A DNA stretch of 64,000 bases, taken from positions 372,001-436,000 of the forward strand of contig LSRY02000025.1 in assembly GCA_001643675.2 (NCBI GenBank). Direction: 5' to 3'. Each line of letters opens with the position of its first letter. Position 1 is the stretch's first letter. Source of the stretch: Monocercomonoides exilis PA203. Lineage: Eukaryota > Protista > Preaxostyla. Made by a program: the position numbers and the translations under genes. The notes below the pieces were generated by a model that was not told the origin of the DNA, did no database searches, and saw only the letters and a list, made by a program, of their open reading frames with translations. Shown here piece after piece: positions 47,313-58,680 of this stretch.

Positions 47313-49250
47313 AGACAGACATCAAGACAGCACTTGAAGCACCTCGTGGAATGTCTATTGATGTTCTATCTCATCGCCTAGCCTCAGACACATTCTCCAG
47401 AAGACATACTGCTGTGGGGTTATCTTCTTCTTCGTCGTCGTCCTCTTCTTCATCATTTTCATCGTTTTCCTCTTTTTCTTCATTTTCTTTCTCTTCATCT
47501 TTCTCCTCCTTTTCAGGCGCAGCGGTGCGTGCTGTTTCAGCCAGACAAACAACAATAACGATGATGATAACAATGAAATCAATGATAACAATAATGATAA
47601 TGATAATGATAATGGCACAAACTCACCCAGAAATCCCATCATCACCTCGCCCCGACCATAGACGAAGACGATATGTTCTCTTTGTCTTCCTCCCGCCACG
47701 CCTCGCGCTGCTCCTTCCACTCCTCCTGCCACTCCGTCATGAACGGCTCGAAGCCCTGCTCTCGCTCGCTTTCTATGTCTCTATTTGGAATAGGCACAAT
47801 CACAGGCACAGGAGATGGAATAGACAATAATATAGACAATAGCATATGAAATGGAGTTGGTATATCAACAGTTATTGCTTCAGAGATAAGCATTGGAGGA
47901 TCTGTAACAAATCGCTCGTTGAATGAAGAAGAAGAGGAGTAGGAAGATAGAGAGTATTTGAATAAGCATCAGTCAGTGACATATTCTGTTGGGGAAGAGG
48001 CAGCTGATGATCTGTTCTCACTCACCAAGGACAACAGCAATTAACTCAATGAAAGCATCATTGGTATCAATAATAATAATAAAAATAATAATAATTTCGA
48101 GAATAAAAACAATTATAATAACGCACCTCTCTCCCCCATGCTCCCTTATTCTTCCTCCACCCTAGACTGCTCCCAGAACAACTTCTCCGAAGAAGACGCG
48201 CTTCCTGACCCCTTCGACCACTTCTCCTTCTCCTCTCCCCGCTGCTTTTCACTCAGCGCCTTCACCCACATCAGCAGCAGCAGCAGCAATGGCGCTTTCT
48301 CTGCTAAATCCTCAGCCGTCGGCCCTTCCAACCTCATCCGCCCGTTCCCTTCCCTGTCGCTCCCGAAGCCCCGCTCTTTCTCTGCCTCCTTGTTTGACTC
48401 GGGGAAGCAGGGGAGGAGGGCTGCTGCACGCCACAGCACATTCACTGAGACTGATCTGATCTCTTTGTAGGACGCTATGGACAAAAAGCCAAACCCACCT
48501 TTCCTCGTCTTCTCTGAGCCGTTTAAAAAACCTCCGATCTCTTCATCCCCTTTGGCATCATACAACAGAGCAACGCAGCATCTGCAGCCTCCGCACAGCT
48601 CTTCTGACCCCATCGCACCTTCCTCCCTGTCTCTTTCTCTGAGCGCTTCTCTGCCTCATCCGTTGTCCTCATCTTCCCCAAACATACTGGCATCTTCTCT
48701 GGATTCGGTGCATTCAGATGCCTCTTTTTTCTACCCGTCGCTTGCAGGTATTGCTGGGCTGATAGGGCTGAGTGGAGAAGCGAGGCAGACACAGGGAGCA
48801 TTAACTGACAGTTCGTACACAGCTACTATTGCAGATTCTCTTGCAGATAATGTTCAAACAGATGCTGTTCCTGAAAAGTTCGAAAAAGTGAATAAGGAAT
48901 TAGCCAAAGAAGGAGAAAAAGAGAAAGAAAGAGAAAGAAGTCGAGAGTTAACTTCAGAGAATTGCTATTATCTGAGCGCGAACATTAGCCTGAACCGCTC
49001 CTGCTTGTGCACAGTTAATGACATCCCTCTCTCTTTCTCTCCTCCGCCTGGCATTAGCACTGGCATTGATGTTGATGTCGGGTTATTCCAGAAGGCACAG
49101 GCACAGCCGCCACTGCAAATGCATCTGCTACTGGAACTACAACTGGGAATGGAACTTTGACTCGTCTGTGGAGCTCTGAATCGACAAACTCGCTACTTCA
49201 CACTGGTGTGTGTGTGGGTGGGGGCCTTGGTGCTTCTATTTTTGATGATT
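47313..49250 (+). pseudogene. Decayed fragment of an unidentified host gene (Ser/Pro-rich) with a probable retained intron at about 48063-48166
   Basis: GC-richer coding-like sequence with in-frame stops, e.g. ...DLISL*DAMDKKPNPPF, and a GTATCA...CCCTAG intron-like segment. Confidence 0.45.
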
Positions 49251-49315
49251 CTTCTTCTGCTTCTTCCTCGTCCTCTTCTGCTTCTTCTTCTTTCTCTTCT
49301 TCTATCTTCTTCTAT

Positions 49316-49383
49316 CTTCTTATTTCTTATTTCTTATTTCTTATTTCTTATTTCTTATTTCTTATTTCTTATTTCTTATTTCT
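49316..49383 (+). repeat. (TTCTTAT)n heptamer tandem repeat
   Basis: About nine near-perfect tandem copies are directly visible. Confidence 0.9.
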
Positions 49384-52300
49384 TCATTTTCTCATTTTCT
49401 AATTTCCTCTTTTTTCTTCTTTCAATTCTTTTTCTTTCATTAAATCATCGTTTTTCAAATAAATGTCTCCTCCTATTCTCAATGTTTAGTATCTTCGAAT
49501 TATCTTCTTCTTCTTCTTCGTCTTCTTCTTCCATTTCAGCAGCATTGGAACTGTCTTTGAGTCGAATACAAGCACCAGCAGCAACAACAGTGAATCCATT
49601 AAGAGAAGAAGAAGAAGAAGATGGAGGAAGTGGAAGAGAAGGGGAATGGGGAAGAAAAAGAAAAAGAAAAGTTGAGTGATTATTATGAAAGCAATTATTA
49701 AAAGAAGATTGAAGATTCTATCAATGAGATTTCATCATTCTCAACTTCATCTTTGTTATTTTAAATCCAATCTCCTTTTATTTCAAGTTTGCAATCTGCT
49801 TCTTCTTTTCCTGCAACTTTGCCATTCTTTTTGAAATCGCTTTTCATATCGAACAAATGACAAAATTCTTTTTTTTTTTCATTTCTTCAAGTTCTTCCAA
49901 TTGATAATTCAATCTAAAGCAGGTGCCATCATTATTATCACTTCTCTATCTACTCCCTATTCCTTTTTAACCTCTATCTTTTTATCTTCCAGTTTTCTTC
50001 TGCTCATTTCATACAATTTTTTATTTATCTTAAGAAGTTATTTTTCCATCTGAAGTCTCCAATCTTCATATTCCGGAGCTCCAAATTCCTATTTTTTCCA
50101 TTAATAATCATTTCACCTTGATCTTCGGGTCTTTTTGCATGGCAACATAGACTTCTCTTATTATTTTTTTTTCATCTTCAGTGAAAAGCTGTTCTTTCGT
50201 GTCAATTGAGCATGCTTTTTCTTTTTCATAATGTTCTTTTGTGTTATCGTTTATTTCATCAGTTTATTCTTCAAATAACAACACAAGAATTTTCTTCTTC
50301 GACAAGTTACTGACATACTTATTTCAACATTTTTTTCATCATCTGTATTGTTCTATCATTCAGTAATAGTCACAAATTTTGTCTAATGTCATTCGTATAA
50401 AATTATATGAAAAACAAATATCTTTAAAAGTTGAAATTTCATTCACTGAATATATTTTGTGATCTTGACAAACATTCAATGCAACAACATATTTTCTTCA
50501 ATTCACGTTTTCTAAACTTGTTCTTGACATTTCCTGCATTGATCCGTGTGAAATGTTTTCATTTTCAGTCGTTTCTTATCTTGTTTTTTGGACTTCCATT
50601 TGCACTTTATTGAACTGTCAGAAGCATCTGTGACAATACATATAAAATATTTATATGGGAAAATTGAGAAAAGGAGAAGAAACTCTTGAAGGAAAAAGTG
50701 TAAATTTCATATCATAAATAAACAATACTGTGAAGAGCACACTAACATTCATTTCTTCAAATAACTGGTTTGTGAACTCTGGATGATATTGATTTCTGTC
50801 AATGAACATAGCTTCAATGCTTATTGATTTTATTTGTTGGTAATCACTGATATATTGTGAAGATGATATATTATTATTGTAGTCTTCTTGCACAACTTTT
50901 ATTTATCAAATGTCATCCTCGATGATTCAAGGTCATTTTTATAGATATTGGAGTATTTTTGAATTCGAATGCTTCTTGTGTGATATACGGTGCATTTGAA
51001 TTCATCACTGGGCTCAGAATAACTTTTTTCATTATCCTTCTGATCAAGATCATCATCACCTTCACAATTTTCTGTCTCATCATTGCCTATCAATTCCAAA
51101 TTGATGTTCATATCGTTGTCATCGCAAGGTTCACAATCGTTGTCATCTGTCTCTGTTTCTGTTTGGTTTGCAAATATTGTGGTGAAATAGTTGGTCTGAA
51201 ATTGGCATTGGCTATTATGTCTGTAATTATTTCCGCTTGTTAATTCGAAAGCCTTTCTTTTTTTCCTTTGTAAGTCAGTGTCATCGAAATGGTAAATATA
51301 TCCTCTTTGTTCGTTGTATTTGAATTTTCTTCTTTCACTTTTTGTCTTTCACATTCTCTTCATTTCATCTTTTTTCAATTTGTATTTTCTCTTTTTCTTT
51401 TGTTTCGTTTAAACATGCTTTGATTTAGATTGATCTTCTCTATTTCTCGTGAATAATAAGTTCATATCAGAAACGATTTTGATTCGTTTTTTCCTTTACG
51501 CTTTCGAAAGCATCTCCGCGTTTTCAGCAATCCAACCATCCAATTTTCTGTAATTCATAATCTTCGGCTTTTCAAAAATTCCTTTTGAAAACTCAGAAGT
51601 TCAAATTCATAAATCATTTTCGATCATCGTCCATCATCTCTGATCAAACCTTTTATTCCTATTTGTTATTCCCATTATATTTGTATTTTTGAACATATTT
51701 CAAATTTCAAATTTTGAACATAAAACGGAAGAAAATAACTTTTTTCATTGTTATAATTCAGATTCTTTGATATCGCGAAAAAACAAAAAAAAGGTCAAAC
51801 CCACAATAAAATTCAATGTCCACGGTTATTGAAAGTGTCCACCATTATTAACACTAACTATACATGTTTATTTATGAATAGAAAAAGAATTGTGAATGAT
51901 TTTTTGATAACCTAGTTTCTTTGAGAAAATTCTGAAAATTTTAAAATAACATTATGTTTTTGAGTTATTATTTATATTTTATTTATTTGATTTCACGACT
52001 TCCAACAAGTCCAGTTGGCAGAAGTGAAACAAAATACCTCCTTCAATTTCACGAATTCATTCATGATAATAAGTGTTAATAAATAACATAAAAAAACAAT
52101 ACTTTTTAGTGGAGCAGTTTTTTGAGATATCAACATAAAATAGCTAGAATAAATATTTGTGATCTGACCCATAATAAATTTTTTATTTCAATCTTTTTAA
52201 CTTAAAACTTTAATGACCGTGTGTTGAAAGTTTTTCTTTGGATTTATAAAAATGACAATTATTACATGACAAGTTCTGCATGCCTTTTCTTCTCTTTTAT

Positions 52301-52864
52301 CTTTTTTTAATTCTTTTCTATTGATTTTTAACTTTCTTGAATAAACCAACTTTGTAAAATTATTTCAACATTTTTTTGTTAAATTGCATCTTTCATTTAT
52401 ATTTTGTGTAACGTGAAATAAAGTATTTAATTTTTCATTCGTTTTTTTCACAATTAATAACGTTGTTCATTTGTTTCGAAATTTTTTGTACATTTCACAT
52501 TTCATCTATTATGAAATAATGAAGTTATTCCTATACCCCTATTTTCTTCATTTACCGAAAAAATTGATTCAAAAAGTGTAATTTTGAAAAATTTTGAAAA
52601 TTTTCTTTTTATTTCCAAAAAATTAATTATTAAAATATTTTCTTTGAAAAGAAGAATAGGTTATAATCAAGTTCTGTAACAATCACATAAAATCGTTCAA
52701 AATGGATTGTGATTATAACTGAGCTTTACTGGAAAGGATTTTCAAAGAAAAAACAAAAACTTGTAAATCAAAGCATAAAATTACAGTTTGAATAAATAAA
52801 TACTCATTTCGATTTTCATTTCAATGAAAATTATTAGATTTTATTAAAAAAGGACAAGTAACTT

Positions 52865-54349
52865 TTATTCTGAATACAAATCCTTTGAAGAAAATACTGC
52901 TTCGCTTGTAATTGTAACTCCAAGCTTGAACAATGTAGCTTTGTCGTTTCGTGAAATTATGTGAGAGCAATGAGCATCCCATCCTCTAATAAGTGGCAAG
53001 CAATCTACTGCTGCTTTGGCCGAAGGGTTTGTAGCAGCAGAGATTGCAAGCGCATGAAGTACCTCTTCCAGATGAAGTTGTGGATATTCCATTTTCAACA
53101 TATCGGTCTTTAGTCTCAGCAATGGCTCCAATACAGATGGAGATATAATATCAATCTTATCTGGAATTCCTGCAAGACTCTTAACGGCATTAAGAATCGC
53201 ACTTCCACACGCAACCATCAACTTGCTTGACTTCCCTGTGATGCATGTCCCGTCTGGACTTTCCAAGCACATTGTCATTCGATCCGACTCTTTAAAGGTT
53301 GTGCAAGCCTTCTCGATGCACACTCTTTCTTTCAATTGTATCCCTCCCCGTTCCAAAAGCTTCTCAAGCTCTTTCACATTGTCCTCTGAAGAAATTCCTT
53401 CAACGACTTTCACGCGTTCGTCTAAATAACGTCTGATTATTTCCCGCTTACAAGCAACTTCAACAACTTTTGGATCAACAATGCATTTTCCTACCATGTT
53501 AACTCCCATGTCAGTAGGCGAAGCAAACACTTCGTATCCCAAAATCTTCTTTAGAATGGCATCGACAACAGGAAATACTTCAATATCCCTATTATAATTG
53601 ACAGTTTCAACTCCATACTTTTTCAAATGAAAAGGATCGATTAGGTTTTTATCCTTCAGATCAACTGTTGCAGCTTCATATGCAAGGTTAACAGGGTGAT
53701 CGATTGGTAAATTCCATACTGGAAATGTTTCAAATTTTGAATATCCCGCTTTAACTCCTCGCTTAGATTCGTGATACAGCTGCGACAAACAAGTCGCAAG
53801 TTTTCCACATCCAGGGCCAGGAGCCGTCACAACAACAAGGTTTCGTGTTGTCTCAACAAACGGGTTTGATCCGTATCCTTCCTCTGAAATAATTGCTTCA
53901 ACGTCACTCGGATATCCTTTTATAGGGTAATGAATTGCAACTTTTATTCCACGAGCTTCCAGCTGTTGTTTGAATCGAAGTGCACCTGCTTGCCCGCTAA
54001 ACATTGTAATGACTACAGCTCCAATCAGTAGATCTCTCTTCCTTAGATTATCAATCAATCTTAGGACTTCAAGATCATATGTAATACCAAGATCGCTTCG
54101 AATTTTGTTTTTTTCAATAGAATTCGCGCTGATACAAAATATAATTTCTGCATCATCTTTTAGTTCCTCTAAAAGTTTAACCTTTTCATTAAGATCGAAT
54201 CCAGGTAACACTCTAGCCGCATGGCAATCATCAAATAGTTTTCCTCCGAATTCAAGGTACAATTTCGAGAATTTCTCAACTCTTTCATGAATCCGAGAAG
54301 ATTGCAATTGCAAATATTTCGAATTGTCGAAGCCACAAGATTGTGCCAT
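52865..54349 (-). CDS. DUF1846 / UPF0371 family protein (bacterial type, P-loop-like), intronless, 494 aa
   Basis: GFDNSKYLQLQS..ERV..KLYLEFGGKLFDDCHAARVLPGF, VVTAPGPGCGKLATCLSQLYHE, KFETFPVWNLP..HPVNLAYEAAT, NYNRDIEVFP and SPTDMGVNM are hallmark motifs of this family. Confidence 0.93.
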   Translation of the reverse strand: MAQSCGFDNSKYLQLQSSRIHERVEKFSKLYLEFGGKLFDDCHAARVLPGFDLNEKVKLLEELKDDAEIIFCISANSIEKNKIRSDLGITYDLEVLRLIDNLRKRDLLIGAVVITMFSGQAGALRFKQQLEARGIKVAIHYPIKGYPSDVEAIISEEGYGSNPFVETTRNLVVVTAPGPGCGKLATCLSQLYHESKRGVKAGYSKFETFPVWNLPIDHPVNLAYEAATVDLKDKNLIDPFHLKKYGVETVNYNRDIEVFPVVDAILKKILGYEVFASPTDMGVNMVGKCIVDPKVVEVACKREIIRRYLDERVKVVEGISSEDNVKELEKLLERGGIQLKERVCIEKACTTFKESDRMTMCLESPDGTCITGKSSKLMVACGSAILNAVKSLAGIPDKIDIISPSVLEPLLRLKTDMLKMEYPQLHLEEVLHALAISAATNPSAKAAVDCLPLIRGWDAHCSHIISRNDKATLFKLGVTITSEAVFSSKDLYSE

Positions 54350-54643
54350 TGCTTTTGCCCTTGTTTATTAAAATCAATAAACAAGGGAATGGGAAAGATC
54401 CATTTAACACATAAACTTTGGTAAAAAGAATTCAACTGATCGTCTTTAATGCGTGCAATAAACAAAAATATTAAGTTAATAGTTATTACAAAAAAACGAC
54501 TTTCGAAAATGGAGCAACCTCAAATTTGACAAAAGAGAAGTTTAAATTGTAAAAATGTTAAATTACGCAAAAAAATTTGCCGAATCTTTTAATTTTGTGA
54601 GAAATCAGTTGATTTTCATGGACATTGCACTTTGCTTTTTGTT

Positions 54644-57600
54644 TCAAGCAGGCTTTCTCAGAAATCCATTTATGGGAAATGAACTGCTTCTCCATCCACA
54701 AACCACAAGATTTTTCTCAGAAAGATACGTTGGGTAGTATCTCAGAGAAAGATGCCATTTTTGCTTTCCGAATGCTTCTTCTCCTTCTCCTCCTTCTTCT
54801 TCTCCTCTTTTTCTTTCTCTTCCTTCTCCTTCTCCACCCATCTCCATTTCTTCGTTCTCATTTTCCTTATCTCTTTCAGCTCTTTCATCAAAACATCCAT
54901 TTCTGTTTTCCTTTCCCATCTTCAGCACATTTGTCTTCTTTCTCTCTCCATTTCCTCTCCCAACATAATCAATTATTTCTCCCTCCTCCAAAAGAGGAAG
55001 CAGCCGCACTGTGTTGATGGCAAAGCTCGCCCTCTCGCCAATGTCTCTCAAATGAGTCGGGTTCCACTTCGTCTTCAGCTCAGCCAGTCTGCACAGAAGT
55101 GACCGTGTTGTCAGGGTGGGTGAAAGAGGATGCACCAATTGCATCTCATTCAGAGAGGGAATCAGATGGAAACCCCAAAATTGAGGGGAGGTGAATGTGA
55201 TTATGGAAGAAGAAGAAGAGGAAGAAGAAGAGGAAGAGGAAGAGGAAGAGGAAGAAGAAGAAGAAGAAGAAGAAGAAGAAACTGTTGATGAATAAGATGA
55301 CAAACTTTTTTCTAATTGATCTTTGCCTTCTCCTTTTTCTTCTTCTTCTTCTTCATTCTCTCCCTTTGTCTTTTCTCCCACTTCTTTTCTTCTCTCATCA
55401 CCTCCTCCTCCTCCACCATCACCACCACCAGCACTTTTGTCATCCTCCCACTCTCTCAATGCCATCCACTCCATCTTTCCATAGCAGCACGGGCACAACA
55501 CAAATGGAGCAGAAAAAAGAGAAGAGAGGAAAAGCGCAGCATCAGTCAGACCGCCACAGCAGTGCAGCCCAATGAAGAAGAGAGGAAGAACAGAATTTTC
55601 ATTCAGCTGTTGCTGCTTCTCCTTCTCCTTCTCCTTCTGTTTTTCATTGAAAAGGGCAATAGAAGAAGAATCCAATGAGTTCTGCTTCAATTGCAATGGG
55701 AACGTGAAGAGTGTTTTGATGCTCATCAAATCACTTGGAGATGATGTTGATTGCTCTGAAGGAGAATTCGCTGAATGAACGGTATCTTCTCTTTCTTGTG
55801 GCGGAGGATACAAAATTTGTGCTTCTATTTGCTCTTCCATTTGCTCCAGTGTTTTCGGCAGTGAAGAAGGATTCTTCGAAAATATGCCATTTTTCTGGTA
55901 AAAATGCATCACTTTCAGAATATCTTTAACGTTGCAGCGAATAAAACGAATGCGCTCAGTCAAATGCAAATCATCAGCATCTTCTTCTTCTCCTTTTCCC
56001 TCTTTTTCTTCCTTTTCTTCCTTTTCTTCTTCTGCTACTGTCGATGATTTGTCTTTTCCTTCCGATTTCGATTTTTCTTGCTCTTCTCCAGTTTCCTTCT
56101 CAATTTCTGACCTTTCTATTAATTCATTCTCTTCTTCATTCTTTTTCTCCTTACAGACTTTCTCCTCTTTCCTCTTTCTTCTGGTCTCTTGCAGTCTTTC
56201 TATGCAATTCCACCCTTTTTGCATGCTGCTGGTGCTGATGTCAATCACAGTGAACGTCGAATGAGGAAACAGAAGTGCCAATGCAGCTACAAGCAGCCCG
56301 TTTCCTCCGCCAACATCGACAAAATGGAAAGAAGGCGAAAAAATACTTGAATTTCCTTTGAAAATTGCTGATGATGATGAGGACTGAAGATCAATTGATG
56401 ATGATGATGCTGATGAAAGTGCAGGAAAGCATCGAAAACTTGGTGTATTTTGCTTCATTTGCTTAGAAAGCTTGAAGATTTTTATCTTTTCGCTTTTTTC
56501 TGTTCTCTCTGCAATGTTTCTGTCTACCAACATGTCCTTCATTTTGGATTTGACCAAAGGAGAAGCATCCATTTCAATTTTTGCTGTTGATCCATCACTA
56601 TCACCATCATCAGCAGTGGTATTATTATTATTATTATTATTATTAATTGAATCTGATTCTGGGCCGTGGTTATTAACTTGCTGTGAAGAAGCTCTTTCGA
56701 CTGTTCTCAGCATCTTTGGCTGAACAGAACAGAGGGTGTCAGTTGTGGCTTCTGCAGCTGTCTCTGCAATGAAGCGGAGCATCCACCGGATTTGAGGGAA
56801 TTTCTTCTTGTAGAAGAAGGAAAAACGAGGAAAACGGCGAAATTGCGACTCGAATGCAGCCATTTCAGCCAAAAGAGAGGAATCTGACTGAGAAGATGGC
56901 GATGATAAAGTTGATGAAGTTGATGGAGAAGAAGAAGAAGAAGATGATGATGATGATGATGATGATGAGCATGTTGAAGAGGAAGCTGTCGTTGCTGTGT
57001 TTGAAAGAATTGCATTTGTTTCTTTTTCTTCGCTTTCTATTTCCTCGTCGTCGTCGCTGCATTCTGCATCTTTTTCACCCGAGTTGCGGATGTCCCTCAA
57101 AAGAAGCAGATGTTCCTTTTCCAGCTGCAGAAGCCTTTTTTCAATGAGTTTTCTGGCTTTCGCTATTTTTGGAGGGAGCAAAGGAAACTTCTGCTCTTTT
57201 TCTTTAAGCTCCTCTGCACTTTCACCATCCAAATGGGAGTAGGCTCCATCCGCTTTCTTTTCGATGTTGTCATTCGTTTCTGTAAATTGAGTCAAAATCC
57301 GTTCAATTTGAGTCAAAAAATCTATTTCTGCTCGTTTCAATCTGTGTGGCCTTTCTTTCTTTGTTCTCTTGAATGCAATTGCTTCTGACGATAGCCTCTT
57401 TCCGCTGATCGGATCTTGTTCCGCGAAATGTTTCGAAAGCTCTGCAAAAATAGCTGTTAGTAGCTGCGACGCTGTAAGTGATGTTATGGCGGAAGCGTAT
57501 TGTTTTCCTTTGAGTATTTGAGACTTCGGAATCGGCTTTGATGAAAGAGACTGAATATCAAATCCTATTGAATTTCCAAGCAAAAATAAAACATTTAAAG

Positions 57601-58246
57601 TTTGGAGGGCATTCCAGACTTTCTTTTCTTCTGCGCCAGGAATTTTAGCATGATGTTTTTTTGACCAAATTTCAACCTGATCAATCAAAAATTCACTCAG
57701 TTTAAAAGATGATAAAAATAGAATTTCAATTCCTCGATCAATTGAAATCTTTTTTTGATAACATAATTGAACAGCGGGTAATGACGTTGAGAGAGGTGAT
57801 AATGGCAATCTTAAAATTCGACCAGAAATTACAAACAAAGAATTTTCTCCTGTTTTTGATTTCCCTCCAACGCATCGAAAATAACAGCAAGTACCAATAT
57901 AAAGAAGAGCGGACATAACTGTCAACGGATCACCTTTAATACTAAGTTCATGATCCAAAGGATGAGGCAAAACCGTATCTTCTTTATAAAGACGATTGTC
58001 CAACAAAAGCTGGTATGTCTTTGTTGTCCCACTTTGTCCATCATCCTTAAAATCATCGCTAACATCTATTTCACTTTCCTTTGGCAATCCAGATTGATCA
58101 ATATCTTGACAAAGTAAAAATGATAGTTTTTTATATTTTCTTTTTGCAGTAATAATCACAGGAACATCATAAAAAGTATCTTCATCCACCTCTCCAATAG
58201 AATAATTCTTGCTTTCTAAAATTAAGTAAATTTCTGAAAGTTCCAT
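54644..58246 (-). CDS. SAM-dependent methyltransferase (Methyltransf_32/GSTCD-like) with N-terminal anticodon-binding-like OB fold
   Basis: Motif I FHFVDVGGGNGLL, plus IGLHCCGGLTDAAL and FVLCPCCYGK. The N-terminus VIITAKRKYKKLSFL...GGKSKTGENSLFV resembles the LysRS OB fold. The ORF is open for 1200 aa. Confidence 0.8.
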   Translation of the reverse strand: MELSEIYLILESKNYSIGEVDEDTFYDVPVIITAKRKYKKLSFLLCQDIDQSGLPKESEIDVSDDFKDDGQSGTTKTYQLLLDNRLYKEDTVLPHPLDHELSIKGDPLTVMSALLYIGTCCYFRCVGGKSKTGENSLFVISGRILRLPLSPLSTSLPAVQLCYQKKISIDRGIEILFLSSFKLSEFLIDQVEIWSKKHHAKIPGAEEKKVWNALQTLNVLFLLGNSIGFDIQSLSSKPIPKSQILKGKQYASAITSLTASQLLTAIFAELSKHFAEQDPISGKRLSSEAIAFKRTKKERPHRLKRAEIDFLTQIERILTQFTETNDNIEKKADGAYSHLDGESAEELKEKEQKFPLLPPKIAKARKLIEKRLLQLEKEHLLLLRDIRNSGEKDAECSDDDEEIESEEKETNAILSNTATTASSSTCSSSSSSSSSSSSSSPSTSSTLSSPSSQSDSSLLAEMAAFESQFRRFPRFSFFYKKKFPQIRWMLRFIAETAAEATTDTLCSVQPKMLRTVERASSQQVNNHGPESDSINNNNNNNNTTADDGDSDGSTAKIEMDASPLVKSKMKDMLVDRNIAERTEKSEKIKIFKLSKQMKQNTPSFRCFPALSSASSSSIDLQSSSSSAIFKGNSSIFSPSFHFVDVGGGNGLLVAALALLFPHSTFTVIDISTSSMQKGWNCIERLQETRRKRKEEKVCKEKKNEEENELIERSEIEKETGEEQEKSKSEGKDKSSTVAEEEKEEKEEKEGKGEEEDADDLHLTERIRFIRCNVKDILKVMHFYQKNGIFSKNPSSLPKTLEQMEEQIEAQILYPPPQEREDTVHSANSPSEQSTSSPSDLMSIKTLFTFPLQLKQNSLDSSSIALFNEKQKEKEKEKQQQLNENSVLPLFFIGLHCCGGLTDAALFLSSLFSAPFVLCPCCYGKMEWMALREWEDDKSAGGGDGGGGGGDERRKEVGEKTKGENEEEEEEKGEGKDQLEKSLSSYSSTVSSSSSSSSSSSSSSSSSSSSSSSSSIITFTSPQFWGFHLIPSLNEMQLVHPLSPTLTTRSLLCRLAELKTKWNPTHLRDIGERASFAINTVRLLPLLEEGEIIDYVGRGNGERKKTNVLKMGKENRNGCFDERAERDKENENEEMEMGGEGEGRERKRGEEEGGEGEEAFGKQKWHLSLRYYPTYLSEKNLVVCGWRSSSFPINGFLRKPA

Positions 58247-58354
58247 CTGTGAAATTATTATTTAATTATAATAATCTTTCTAATTATAATTATGTAAAAA
58301 TGATCTTGCAAAAATATTTCAAAAAATGAAACACTTTGTTTTCATAATTTTATT

Positions 58355-58680
58355 TAGGCCTCTGCGACAGACCGACATTTTTAAAACAACTCGACAACTC
58401 GACCGACAATTTTATCGAGTTTATATTTTTTGGTTATTAAAAAATTTTTTCTTTTATTTTAATATTTTTAAGAAAAAAACGAAATAAAATCTTTTTCAAT
58501 ATTTTTTGATCTATAAATATTAATAATTTTATAAGGAAATAAATAATCAAAAAATTTTCTTTTTTTTTCTGAAATTATAATAATAATAATGGGTTATCGA
58601 CAGATCTTTGTCGAGATCAGTCGAACGACAAAGATCAGTCGAACGACAAAGATCAGTCGAACGACAAAGATCAGTCGAGT
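58355..58680 (+). mobile_element. Left arm of a second hAT element related to 11851-18321; right end not found in window
   Basis: Starts TAGGCCTCTGCGACAGACCGAC (compare TAAGCCTTTGCGACATACAGAC at 11851). GATCAGTCG subterminal repeats lie at a similar distance from the terminus as in the first copy once the nested MITE is removed. Confidence 0.7.
58614..58678 (+). repeat. 18-bp tandem repeat AGATCAGTCGAACGACAA x3.6 (hAT subterminal repeat)
   Basis: Three perfect units plus a partial one, preceded by the near-palindrome TCGACAGATCTTTGTCGA. Degenerate equivalents are at 12316-12395. Confidence 0.9.

Larger units (their letters stand above)
43910..51860. mobile_element. 7.95-kb non-autonomous TIR element flanked by TA (Tc1/mariner-like) containing host gene fragments
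   Basis: Left TAGTCAGTGTTAATAATTGTGGACACTTTCAATAACTGTGGACAATGATTTTTATTGTGGG matches the reverse complement of about 51800-51860 with 5 mismatches in 61 bp. TA at 43908-43909 and 51861-51862. No DDE ORF recognised inside. Confidence 0.85.

Noticed and set aside
50740-50830. QYHPEFTNQLF resembles the HAT1 N-terminal motif FxPEYTHQLF
   Set aside because: Only about 10 residues match, the following GYKGL motif is absent, and the region is heavily decayed.
58597-58678. CRISPR-like array
   Set aside because: The 18-bp units are contiguous with no spacers, the context is eukaryotic with no cas genes, and they are explained as hAT subterminal repeats.
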